Below are positions 8,210 to 16,679 of a DNA stretch of 64,000 bases, in pieces; position 1 is the first letter of the stretch, and the number at the start of each line of letters is the position of its first letter. A program made the translations under genes and the position numbers. This stretch comes from Candidatus Daviesbacteria bacterium. GTDB lineage: Bacteria; Patescibacteriota; Microgenomatia; Daviesbacterales; UBA10151. The notes below the pieces were generated by a model. It saw only the letters and a program-made list of their open reading frames with translations, made no database searches and was not told the origin of the DNA. The stretch lies in contig JACOXI010000004.1 of assembly GCA_016176335.1 (NCBI GenBank), forward strand, positions 18,303 through 82,302. Direction: 5' to 3'.

Positions 8210-9561
8210 GGAAAAAATTTGATGTTTTAGTTGTTGGTTCAGGAGCCGGTCTTGAGGTGGCATCTTTTGCTGCCGAGCGCGGTCTGTCTGTTGCAATAGT
8301 TGAGGAAGGTCCGCTGGGTGGGACTTGTTTAAACAGAGGTTGTATTCCTTCAAAAATGTTAATCCATTCATCGGATGTTTTGGAGACTATTAAAAGCAGT
8401 GAGAAATTTGGCATTAAAAGCAAAATAGAGGGAATTGATTTTGCCTCTATTGTCAAAAGGGTGTCAGAAGTTGTTGACAGCGATTCTGTTGGTATAGAGA
8501 AAAGTATCAGAGAAAATGGCAACCCTACCCTTTATAAGATGAGGGGCAAATTTATTGGACCTAAGCTAATGCAGGTAGGTGATGAACAAATAGAAGGAGA
8601 GAAAGTTTTTATTGTGGGAGGAACCAGGCCTTCAATTCCTCCTCTTCCCGGTCTCGAAATTACACCATATCTTGATAGCACCAAGGCTTTAAGGCTGGAA
8701 AAACAGCCTGAGCATATGGTTATTATAGGGGGTGGTTATATTGCGGCAGAACTGGCTCATTTTTATGGAGCCTTGGGAACTCAAATTACTATCTTAGTCC
8801 GGGGGAAGAGAATGCTCGACAAGGAGGATGAAGAAATAGCAGACTGGTTTACTAAAGAATTTTCTAAAAAATATCAGATCTTATTTAATGCTGAAGCGGA
8901 GGCAGTTTCATACCAGGATGGCAAATTTACCATTAAATTAAAGGGTGATGGGAACAACAAAATTTATGCAGATCAACTGCTGGTGGCAGCCGGCAGAGTT
9001 CCCAACACTGATATATTGGAGGTATCCGCAACAGGAGTTGAGATGGATGATAAAGGATTTATCAAAGTTAATGAGTATTTAGAAACTAATGTAGAAGGAG
9101 TATGGGCTTTTGGAGACATTTTAGGCATTTTACCTTTTAGGCATACTGCCAATGACCAGGTGGGCTTTTCCATCAGTAATGCTTTTACAGATAAAAAAGT
9201 AGCATTTGATCCTTTTGCCATTGGCCATGCGGTTTTCTCTTCACCACAGGTTGGTGGAGTTGGTAAAACAGAGCAAGAGCTAAAAAAGATGGGCATTAAA
9301 TATAAAGTTGGAAGAGAGGAGCTTAAAAATACTGCTATGGGAGGAGCTTTGCAGGAAAATGGTTTGGCCAAAGTTATCACAGATGAAACAGGCAAGAAAA
9401 TCTTAGGTGTCCATATTATTGGTCCGCAAGCTTCAATATTAATTCATGAAGCCATAGTGGCTATGAAAGGAAATGGCACAGTAGATGCCATTACCCAATC
9501 GGTTTATATTCATCCTGCTTTACCTGAATGGTTACAAAGAGCATTTTTTGATATTGCATAA
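8206..9561 (+). CDS. Class I pyridine nucleotide-disulfide oxidoreductase (dihydrolipoamide dehydrogenase / glutathione-reductase-like)
   Basis: Redox-active disulfide motif GGTCLNRGCIPSK. FAD (GSGAGL) and NAD (GGGYIAAE) Rossmann motifs. No C-terminal Cys pair, so it is not MerA. Confidence 0.85.
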   Translation: MRKKFDVLVVGSGAGLEVASFAAERGLSVAIVEEGPLGGTCLNRGCIPSKMLIHSSDVLETIKSSEKFGIKSKIEGIDFASIVKRVSEVVDSDSVGIEKSIRENGNPTLYKMRGKFIGPKLMQVGDEQIEGEKVFIVGGTRPSIPPLPGLEITPYLDSTKALRLEKQPEHMVIIGGGYIAAELAHFYGALGTQITILVRGKRMLDKEDEEIADWFTKEFSKKYQILFNAEAEAVSYQDGKFTIKLKGDGNNKIYADQLLVAAGRVPNTDILEVSATGVEMDDKGFIKVNEYLETNVEGVWAFGDILGILPFRHTANDQVGFSISNAFTDKKVAFDPFAIGHAVFSSPQVGGVGKTEQELKKMGIKYKVGREELKNTAMGGALQENGLAKVITDETGKKILGVHIIGPQASILIHEAIVAMKGNGTVDAITQSVYIHPALPEWLQRAFFDIA

Positions 9562-9562
9562 T

Positions 9563-10090
9563 ATGTATAACCAAAAGAAACTTTTAGAATTTAGAAAACA
9601 AAAAGATAAGGCTTGGAAAAATGATGCAGAGTCTCCTTTAACGCAGGAGCAAAGACAAGAGTTTAAAGGCTTGAATTATTTTCCGCCTAATCCCAGTTTA
9701 AATTTTGAATTGGAGCTTGATAAAAATATACCGGATGTTGGTAAAAAGGTGGCTATTAAAACAACTAGTGGAGATGAGCAAATTTATCTAAGAGCTGGCA
9801 AGGTTAAATTTAGCGTTGAAGGTACTGATGTGGAGGCTATTGTTTTTGAAGATCCTGATCAAGAACAGTTTCGATATTATCTACTTTTTAGAGACCTAAC
9901 AACTGGAAAAGAAACTTATGAAAACGGCAGAATGTTACAAATTCCTCAAAAAGGAAATCAATTAATAATTGATTTTAATTACACCTATAATCCATATAGT
10001 TCATACAATGATCAATGGGATTGTCCAATAACCCTGGAAGAAAATATTTTGCCTGTAGCAATCAAGGCAGGTGAGAAGAAATTTCACTAA
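9563..10090 (+). CDS. DUF1684 family protein
   Basis: C-terminal YNPYSSYNDQWDCPITLEEN matches the DUF1684 signature. Start chosen at the ATG just after the upstream stop; the ORF track begins at 9485, inside the upstream gene. Confidence 0.6.
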   Translation: MYNQKKLLEFRKQKDKAWKNDAESPLTQEQRQEFKGLNYFPPNPSLNFELELDKNIPDVGKKVAIKTTSGDEQIYLRAGKVKFSVEGTDVEAIVFEDPDQEQFRYYLLFRDLTTGKETYENGRMLQIPQKGNQLIIDFNYTYNPYSSYNDQWDCPITLEENILPVAIKAGEKKFH

Positions 10091-10092
10091 TT

Positions 10093-10617
10093 ATGCCAAA
10101 TAAAATTATTGACTTATACAACCATACTTTTGGGCATCATCATAAGAGTTTTGATTATAATCAAATCACTGATGAGGTTTTTATAGGCACAAATATGTGC
10201 TGCCAATTCGGTTTTAATAGAGAATTACTCACAAAAAAAGTCAGAGCAGATATTAGCCTGGAAGAAGTTAGAGTAGATGCACCAATGGGGGTGGATTACT
10301 TTTTATGGCTGCCAACTAAAGATCACCAAGCCCCCACTTTTGATAAATTAACCCTTGGAGTACAAACACTGGATTTTCTAAAGGATAAGAAAATAAAAGT
10401 CTATATTCATTGTAAGAATGGGCACGGCAGAGCCCCAACACTCCTCGCAGCCTATTTTATCTACGCCAGTAGAGAAAGGAGCTCGTCTCGTTTCATTTCT
10501 CAAGGGATGGAAGTGGAAGAGGCAATAGAAAAGATAAGATCCAAAAGGCCGGAGATTCATATTAGGGATGTACAAATTGAAGCATTAAATAAATTTAAGC
10601 AAAAGATTGGAAGGTAG
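10093..10617 (+). CDS. Dual-specificity / protein-tyrosine phosphatase family protein
   Basis: Cys-X5-Arg P-loop: VYIHCKNGHGRAPT. Confidence 0.7.
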   Translation: MPNKIIDLYNHTFGHHHKSFDYNQITDEVFIGTNMCCQFGFNRELLTKKVRADISLEEVRVDAPMGVDYFLWLPTKDHQAPTFDKLTLGVQTLDFLKDKKIKVYIHCKNGHGRAPTLLAAYFIYASRERSSSRFISQGMEVEEAIEKIRSKRPEIHIRDVQIEALNKFKQKIGR

Positions 10618-10674
10618 AAAGAATAGTAGATGGAGTTACTATTGTCTTAAATAATGGCTCAATTGTCAGATATG

Positions 10675-10757
10675 TGGCCAGGGAGAGAGTCGAACTCTCA
10701 TGAGGTTGCCCTCAATAGTTTTTGAGACTATCCTGTCTGCCATTCCAGCACCTGGCC
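10675..10757 (-). tRNA. tRNA-Leu (anticodon CAA)
   Basis: Minus-strand read: acceptor GGCCAGG/CCTGGCC, D-loop GGAATGGCAGAC, anticodon stem ATAGT/ACTAT with loop CTCAAAA (anticodon CAA), long variable arm GAGG..CCTC, T-arm GAGAG-TTCGACT-CTCTC, discriminator A. CCA is not encoded. Confidence 0.9.
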
Positions 10758-10849
10758 ATTACTTCGCGTCTTCCTGGGTGAACTTAAGTTGTATATTTCC
10801 ACCCCGGCGCAAATTGAATTATACCAGTTTTTAAGATAAACTCACCTTA

Positions 10850-13390
10850 ATGAAAAATACCCACAGACTGCCGGTACATGTTAAACCAGAGCGTTACAAG
10901 ATCATGCTCAAACCTGATTTGGAAAACTTTATCTTTGAAGGAGAAGAAACAATTTATCTAAATCTGGAAAAACCAAGCAAAGAAATTATTTTGCATTCAG
11001 CTGATCTGGAAATAGAATCTGTGGAGTGGATTCACCGGGGTGAAGAAATCTGGGCTGGGAAAATCTCATATGACAAAAAAAGAGAGACTGCCACATTTAC
11101 TTTCCCAAAATCTCTGGAAAAAGGAAAGGGTGAGTTAAAATTTAAGTTTAAAGGGATTTTGAATGATAAGATGCGGGGTTTTTACAGAAGTAAGTTTGAA
11201 GTTGATGGAGTGGTCAAACACCTGGCTACCACCCAATTTGAATCAACTGATGCCAGGAGAGCTTTTCCCTGTTTTGATGAGCCTTCCCAAAAAGCTATTT
11301 TTGATGTGACCTTGATGATCCCGTCGCATATGGTGGCCATTTCCAACACCATTGAATCAAATGTCTGGGAGCATGAAACAGGGGTAAGGGTGGTGGAATT
11401 TGAACCGACCCCAAAAATGTCCACTTACCTTTTAGCCTTTATTGTGGGGGAGTTTGAATATATAGAAGGGAAAAGGGGAAAGGGTGAAGTGGTAAGGGTT
11501 TTCACTACACCAGGGAAGAAGGATCAAGCCAAATTTGCCCTTGATGTGGCCATTAAATGTATGGATTTTTATGAAGATTATTTTGATATTCCATATCCCC
11601 TTCCGGTTTTGGACTTAATAGCCATTCCGGATTTTACTGCAGGAGCAATGGAAAATTGGGGAGCAGTCACTTACAGGGAATCGACTCTTCTTTTTGATCC
11701 TAAAAAGTCATCAGTAGGGAATAAGCAATGGATAGCATTAGTAATTGCCCACGAGTTGGCTCATCAGTGGTTTGGCAATCTGGTGACTATGGAGTGGTGG
11801 ACCCATCTTTGGCTAAATGAAGGATTTGCCTCATTTATTGAATATCTGGCAATTGATCATATTTTTCCTGATTGGGATATCTGGACTCAATTTGTAGCAA
11901 TTGAGACGGAAGAAGCCTTACGCTTAGATTCTTTAAAGAATACTCACCCGATTGAGGTGGAAGTAGGTCATCCGGCGGAGATCAGTGAGATTTTTGATAA
12001 GGTTTCTTATTCCAAGGGAGCATCAATCCTAAGAATGCTTTGGCAATATTTAGGGCCAAAATTTTTCCAAAAAGGACTGCAGTATTATTTAAAGAAACAT
12101 GCCTATGGTAATGCTCAAACAGAAGATTTATGGAATGCTTTAGGGGAAGTTTCAGGTAAGCCGGCTGGGAAGATCATGGCCAATTGGACATCGAAGCCCG
12201 GACATCCACTGATTACAGTTTCAGAACATAATGATAAATTAAAACTTACCCAATCCAGATTTTTCTCCAGTACAATTTCTAAAAGAGAAACTAAAGATGA
12301 TACAGTTTGGAGTATCCCCCTAAAATATCAAAACTCAAATGTCAAATCTCAAAACTACATGTTAAATGTCAAAACTATGAATATTCCTAAACCAAAAGAT
12401 ATGGAATGGATTAAGTTGAACGACGGGGAAGTGAGTTTTGTCAGGGTTGATTATCCGCAAGAATACTTGCAAAAACTGGAGTCAGCTATTAGAACCGGAC
12501 AATTATCTGCTCCAGACAGATTAGGACTCATCAGGGATACTTTTGATTTAGCGCAAAACGGGGCAAGTCCAACCACCTTGGCGCTGGAATTGGCCCTAAG
12601 CTATAAAAATGAAGAAGACTATACTGTCTGGAGTGAACTGACAGGAAAATTGGCTCAACTGGATTCGCTTTTATACTTTGAGAATTTTTATGAGGACTTT
12701 AAAAGATACGGAAGGGAAATTTATGGCGGAGTGGCAAATAGAATGGGATGGGAAAAGAGAAAGGGAGAAAAGTATACAGATGCGCTTTTAAGAGGGATGG
12801 TTTTACTAAGAATTGGGGCATTTGGTGATGAGGGAACCATCAAGCATGCACTGGGGCTGTTTAAAAGCAGTAGCAAGATCGCCCCGGACCTTCGTGGAGT
12901 AGTTTACAACTTGGTGGCAGAAAACGGGGGAGAGACAGAATTTAAGACCTTACTTAAAATGTACAAAGATGAAGATAACCAGCAGGAAAAAGACAGGATA
13001 GGAAGGGCTTTGGGACAACCTAAGATTAAATCTCTCCTGCAAAAGACTTTAAACTTTTCAATTTCCAAAGATGTCAGGTTTCAAAATACTTTGGGGATGA
13101 TTGCTGCAGTTTGGGGAAATGCTGAAGGCAGATATCTGGCCTGGGAGTTTGTCAAAAGTAACTGGAAGTTACTGAAAGAAAGATATGCCGGAGGGCATTA
13201 TTTTACCAGAGTTTTTGGCTCTGCAGGGGAGTTTACTAAAATTTCCGATGCCAAAGATATAGAGTCCTTTGCAAGGAACAATCCCACCCCTGAAGCTAAA
13301 AGAACCATAGCCCAGGCTTTAGAACAAATTTATTCCAATGTGGAATGGTTAAAAAGAGATAAAGAGAAGATTAAGAGCTTCTTAAGTTAA
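10850..13390 (+). CDS. pepN: Aminopeptidase N (M1 family zinc metallopeptidase)
   Basis: GAMEN motif and HELAHQWFGNLVTMEWW...E zinc-binding motif. 846 aa. Confidence 0.9.
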   Translation: MKNTHRLPVHVKPERYKIMLKPDLENFIFEGEETIYLNLEKPSKEIILHSADLEIESVEWIHRGEEIWAGKISYDKKRETATFTFPKSLEKGKGELKFKFKGILNDKMRGFYRSKFEVDGVVKHLATTQFESTDARRAFPCFDEPSQKAIFDVTLMIPSHMVAISNTIESNVWEHETGVRVVEFEPTPKMSTYLLAFIVGEFEYIEGKRGKGEVVRVFTTPGKKDQAKFALDVAIKCMDFYEDYFDIPYPLPVLDLIAIPDFTAGAMENWGAVTYRESTLLFDPKKSSVGNKQWIALVIAHELAHQWFGNLVTMEWWTHLWLNEGFASFIEYLAIDHIFPDWDIWTQFVAIETEEALRLDSLKNTHPIEVEVGHPAEISEIFDKVSYSKGASILRMLWQYLGPKFFQKGLQYYLKKHAYGNAQTEDLWNALGEVSGKPAGKIMANWTSKPGHPLITVSEHNDKLKLTQSRFFSSTISKRETKDDTVWSIPLKYQNSNVKSQNYMLNVKTMNIPKPKDMEWIKLNDGEVSFVRVDYPQEYLQKLESAIRTGQLSAPDRLGLIRDTFDLAQNGASPTTLALELALSYKNEEDYTVWSELTGKLAQLDSLLYFENFYEDFKRYGREIYGGVANRMGWEKRKGEKYTDALLRGMVLLRIGAFGDEGTIKHALGLFKSSSKIAPDLRGVVYNLVAENGGETEFKTLLKMYKDEDNQQEKDRIGRALGQPKIKSLLQKTLNFSISKDVRFQNTLGMIAAVWGNAEGRYLAWEFVKSNWKLLKERYAGGHYFTRVFGSAGEFTKISDAKDIESFARNNPTPEAKRTIAQALEQIYSNVEWLKRDKEKIKSFLS

Positions 13391-14370
13391 GAAACTTCAT
13401 AATATACACCTTTGGTGGTGCCTCTTTTTTTAATTAAACCAGCATCAGATAGTTTTTTCAGATCATATCTTAAGGTTCTTTCATTGACTGATAAAAATCT
13501 CCGTCTTAAAGTATCAAAATTAACCATTCTATGTTCTTTTATAATATTTAAAATTTCAGCCCGGCGGGGAAGTAATATATCCTCAACTTTTAACTCATCT
13601 TTTTTTAGAAACTGCTCTTTAACCTCCTTGGCAGTTTCTGCAATTGCTTCTAAAATAAATTCCACATAATCTGTGACATCTTTTTCTGATGATTCCAACA
13701 CTGTGTAATACTCACTCCTGTGATTATCCAAGTATTCCTCCAAAGGCAAAATACCTTTCATGCCGTAGCCTTCTTTTTGTAAAACAGCTTGTAGCAATAA
13801 TCTACCCACTCTGCCGTTTCCATCTAAAAATGGGTGTATTTTTTCAAAGGATAAATGCACCAGTGCAGCTTTTATTGGTGCAAATTGTTCTTTTTTAGAA
13901 TTTGCAAATTTTATTAATATTTTGATAAGGGGCAGTATTTGAGAAGGTCTGGGGGGAAGATAAATGGCAATTCCGGCAGAATTAAAAATAGCTCCAACCT
14001 CTGTTCTAAATTTTCCCACATCCTGTTTTGAGGCTAAGTCTGCCATCACCACTTTGTGAAGCCTTAATATATCCTGCAATTTCAAATCTTTTGATCTTCT
14101 CACATAAACCCAATTTAAAGCTTTCAAGATGTTGAAAACTTCTTTAAGTTTTTGAGACTTTGAAGATGTTTTAGGTAACTCATCCAATCTTAGGGTATTT
14201 CCCTCAATCCGTGCAGAAAAAAGTGAGGATTTAAGGGTGGATTTTCTTCTGATGTTGGTTTCCAGCTCTTTAGGTATTTCAATTGAGTTTATAACTTCTT
14301 TTGAGGCCTCAATAGAGGAAAGTAATTGAGATATTTTATTGGTGAGAATATACTTTGGTGGAATTAGCAT
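13387..14370 (-). CDS. Fic/DOC family protein (class II, with inhibitory S/TxxxE(G/N) motif and C-terminal winged helix)
   Basis: Fic motif HPFLDGNGRVGR. Inhibitory-helix motif SARIEGN. C-terminal wHTH-like RTLRYDLKKLSDAGLIKK. Start taken at the internal ATG at 14370; the longer ORF to 14529 runs through an upstream tandem repeat. Confidence 0.8.
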   Translation of the reverse strand: MLIPPKYILTNKISQLLSSIEASKEVINSIEIPKELETNIRRKSTLKSSLFSARIEGNTLRLDELPKTSSKSQKLKEVFNILKALNWVYVRRSKDLKLQDILRLHKVVMADLASKQDVGKFRTEVGAIFNSAGIAIYLPPRPSQILPLIKILIKFANSKKEQFAPIKAALVHLSFEKIHPFLDGNGRVGRLLLQAVLQKEGYGMKGILPLEEYLDNHRSEYYTVLESSEKDVTDYVEFILEAIAETAKEVKEQFLKKDELKVEDILLPRRAEILNIIKEHRMVNFDTLRRRFLSVNERTLRYDLKKLSDAGLIKKRGTTKGVYYEVS

Positions 14371-14375
14371 AGTTT

Positions 14376-14427
14376 TCCTAATATTTCCAGATATTACCAG
14401 ATATTTCCTAATATTTCCAGATACAAA
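14376..14427. repeat. Tandem direct repeat (~2 copies of ~25 nt, ccagatatttcctaatatttccagat) in the Fic upstream region
   Basis: The sequence atatttccagatattaccagatatttcctaatatttccagata is visible directly. Confidence 0.6.
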
Positions 14428-14566
14428 TGTGGAATGGTTAAAAGGGATAAGGAAGGGATTAAGAAATTTTTGAAGCAGTTGGAACTTTAGATACAAAGTT
14501 GAAAGCAAAATCAAACCTCCTTGGCACAAAACAAAGGATGTATGATAAAATTCATAGAATAAATAT

Positions 14567-15130
14567 ATGGCCTTAAATGTTAATGAACTCCGAAACGGGA
14601 CGTTTTTTAAAGAAGGTTCAACAATATTCCAGGTTTTGCTTTATGAGCATGTTAAAACCGGCAGGGGTTCCGGAAATATCAAACTTAAAGTCAGAAATGT
14701 TCGCTCCGGTGCTGTTTTAGAAAAATCCTTTATTACCGGTGCCAGAGTTGATGAGGCTGATGTAGAAAAGAAAAAAGCCCAATTTTTATACAAAGATGGT
14801 GATAGTTTTAATTTCATGGATCCTCAAACTTTTGAGCAGTTTTCACTTTCGTCATCTGTTTTGGGTGAGCAAGCAAAATATCTGGTAGATGGGTTAGAGA
14901 TAACTTTGGTTGTGGGTGAGGGGGAGGCGCTTGGTTTGGAATTACCTATGAGTTTGGTGTACGAAGTTGCAGAAACAGGTCCGGGGGAGCGGGGCAATAC
15001 TGTTTCCAATGTTTATAAAGAAGCTATTTTAGACAATGGATTGGTAGTTAAGGTACCGATGTTTTTGAAAGCAGGAGAAAAAGTGAAGGTAGATACTAGA
15101 ACTGGAACTTACATAGAACGCGTTAAATGA
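14567..15130 (+). CDS. efp: Elongation factor P
   Basis: 187 aa. KDGDSFNFMDPQTFEQF and the KOW/OB domain organisation typical of EF-P. Confidence 0.9.
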   Translation: MALNVNELRNGTFFKEGSTIFQVLLYEHVKTGRGSGNIKLKVRNVRSGAVLEKSFITGARVDEADVEKKKAQFLYKDGDSFNFMDPQTFEQFSLSSSVLGEQAKYLVDGLEITLVVGEGEALGLELPMSLVYEVAETGPGERGNTVSNVYKEAILDNGLVVKVPMFLKAGEKVKVDTRTGTYIERVK

Positions 15131-15240
15131 TCTCAAATCTTAGATCTCAAAACTCAAATCTACATCTTAAAACTCAAAACTTTAAAGATTTAAGATTTGA
15201 GTTGTAGTTTTGACATTTGAGTTTTGACATTTGAGATACT
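15131..15240. repeat. Modular intergenic hairpin repeat (CAAAT/ATTTG heptamer-based family), copy 1
   Basis: Left arm tctcaaatcttagatctcaaaactcaaatctacatcttaaaactcaaaac and a near-inverted right arm. The 36-nt unit aaagttttgagttttaagatgtagatttgagttttg recurs inverted at 18705-18742. Confidence 0.7.
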
Positions 15241-15252
15241 ATAGTAAAGATT

Positions 15253-16140
15253 ATGGCAAAAAAGATTACTAAAGCACTAATACCTGCAGCCGGGTTTGGA
15301 ACTCGTTTCCTTCCTCAAACCAAAGCCATGCCTAAAGAGATGTTACCTATTGTGGACAAACCCGTGATCCAGTACGTGGTGGAAGAAGTGGTGGCATCAG
15401 GCATAGAAAACATTATTTTGGTGACAGGCGGAACAAAGCGGGCAATAGAGGATCATTTTGATGCGCCCAATGAAGATTTGGTGCAGAATTTAACAAACGG
15501 CAAAAAAACAGCTCTGTTGGAACAAATAAAACATATCTCTCAAATGGCCAACTTTATTTATGTCCGCCAAAAAGGACCATATGGAAATGGCACTCCTGTT
15601 TTGGCAGGAGAAGCTGTGATTGAGGATGAGCCTTTTGCAGTTCTTTGGGGAGATGAATTTATCTTATCAAACCCGCCGAGGTTACAACAAATGATCAAGG
15701 TTTTCGAAAAATATGGAGGAATGGTGATATCCGGTGTCAAAATAGAAAAGAAAGAAGACTTAAAAAGATATGGAATTGCCGATTTAGAGCCGGTTTCAGG
15801 CAATGTTTATAAAATCAAAAAAATCGTGGAAAAGCCGGATCCTGATCTTGCGCCCTCTGATATAGCAACCCACGGGGCATACATCCTTCCCCCGGAAATC
15901 TTCCCCGCATTAAAAAAGCAAACTGTTGGTCAGGGAGGGGAGATTTGGCTTGTTGATGCGATCAATACGCTCAAAGATGAGGGGATGCCTTTGTATGCAG
16001 TGGTTGTAGAAAATGGGAGATATTATGATACCGGAAATAAGTTGGAATATATGAAAACCGCAGTGGAGTTAGCCTTAAAGCACCCGGAAGTAGGGGAGGA
16101 TTTGAAAAAGTATCTTGCGGAATTAGTGGAAAAATCTTGA
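15253..16140 (+). CDS. galU: UTP--glucose-1-phosphate uridylyltransferase
   Basis: N-terminal ALIPAAGFGTRFLPQTKAMPKEMLPIVDKPVIQYVVEE. Confidence 0.9.
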   Translation: MAKKITKALIPAAGFGTRFLPQTKAMPKEMLPIVDKPVIQYVVEEVVASGIENIILVTGGTKRAIEDHFDAPNEDLVQNLTNGKKTALLEQIKHISQMANFIYVRQKGPYGNGTPVLAGEAVIEDEPFAVLWGDEFILSNPPRLQQMIKVFEKYGGMVISGVKIEKKEDLKRYGIADLEPVSGNVYKIKKIVEKPDPDLAPSDIATHGAYILPPEIFPALKKQTVGQGGEIWLVDAINTLKDEGMPLYAVVVENGRYYDTGNKLEYMKTAVELALKHPEVGEDLKKYLAELVEKS

Positions 16141-16611
16141 AGCCAAAACCACCCCTCCGACGGTTGCGACTTGAGTAAGAATTCCCCAGGGCAGTTTTAT
16201 TTTTCCGTTCATGCCGCGTTGTACATTATAAAATGTCGAAAAAGGTGCAAACTTCCACCCCAAAAGCCAATAAGGAGCTTGGAGAAAATCCCAAATCAAA
16301 GATAAGAATACTGCTATGGTAAGGTATAAATTGTCTACTAATCGACCGAATAAAAAGTAGGTCACAACCAAACCAAATGACAAATCCGCGGCGGTTTGAG
16401 CAAAAAGCAAAATTTTGCTTTTCTTTTTCCATCCCCAACCAAAATCCCAGTGCGGAATTAAGTCCAAAATAGGGTGGGATAAAGCTGCCAAAGGTATTCC
16501 TATAGAAGGATCGGGAACTGCAGCAGCTATTGCGCCTCCAACTATGGCATGTGCGGTGGCGGTCATCCAGTTAGTATAACAGCTTTTGTCAATAAATTCG
16601 ACGCTGCTCAT
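16123..16611 (-). CDS. Integral membrane protein, possibly YdjM/DUF457-like metal-dependent membrane hydrolase
   Basis: Four predicted TM segments with conserved His residues (TATAHAIVGG, SHPILDLIPHWD). Family assignment is tentative. Confidence 0.4.
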   Translation of the reverse strand: MSSVEFIDKSCYTNWMTATAHAIVGGAIAAAVPDPSIGIPLAALSHPILDLIPHWDFGWGWKKKSKILLFAQTAADLSFGLVVTYFLFGRLVDNLYLTIAVFLSLIWDFLQAPYWLLGWKFAPFSTFYNVQRGMNGKIKLPWGILTQVATVGGVVLASRFFH

Positions 16612-16679
16612 TATTGACCCTGAGCGTAGTCGAATGGGTCAATTTGATTCAAATAAGCAGGTATGATACTCTTTTGGGT

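Noticed and set aside
8973-9395. 140-aa antisense ORF within the disulfide oxidoreductase gene
   Set aside because: It lies fully inside a strongly supported FAD-dependent oxidoreductase CDS on the other strand. No RBS or motif.
9485-9562. Upstream extension of the DUF1684 ORF overlapping the oxidoreductase gene by 77 nt
   Set aside because: The extension is hydrophobic filler in a different frame of a well-supported gene. An in-frame ATG sits right after the upstream stop codon.
13387-14529. Full-length 380-aa version of the Fic ORF
   Set aside because: The first 53 codons run through the upstream tandem repeat and are Phe/Leu-rich junk-like. The internal ATG at 14370 gives a canonical Fic N-terminus, so the shorter model is preferred.
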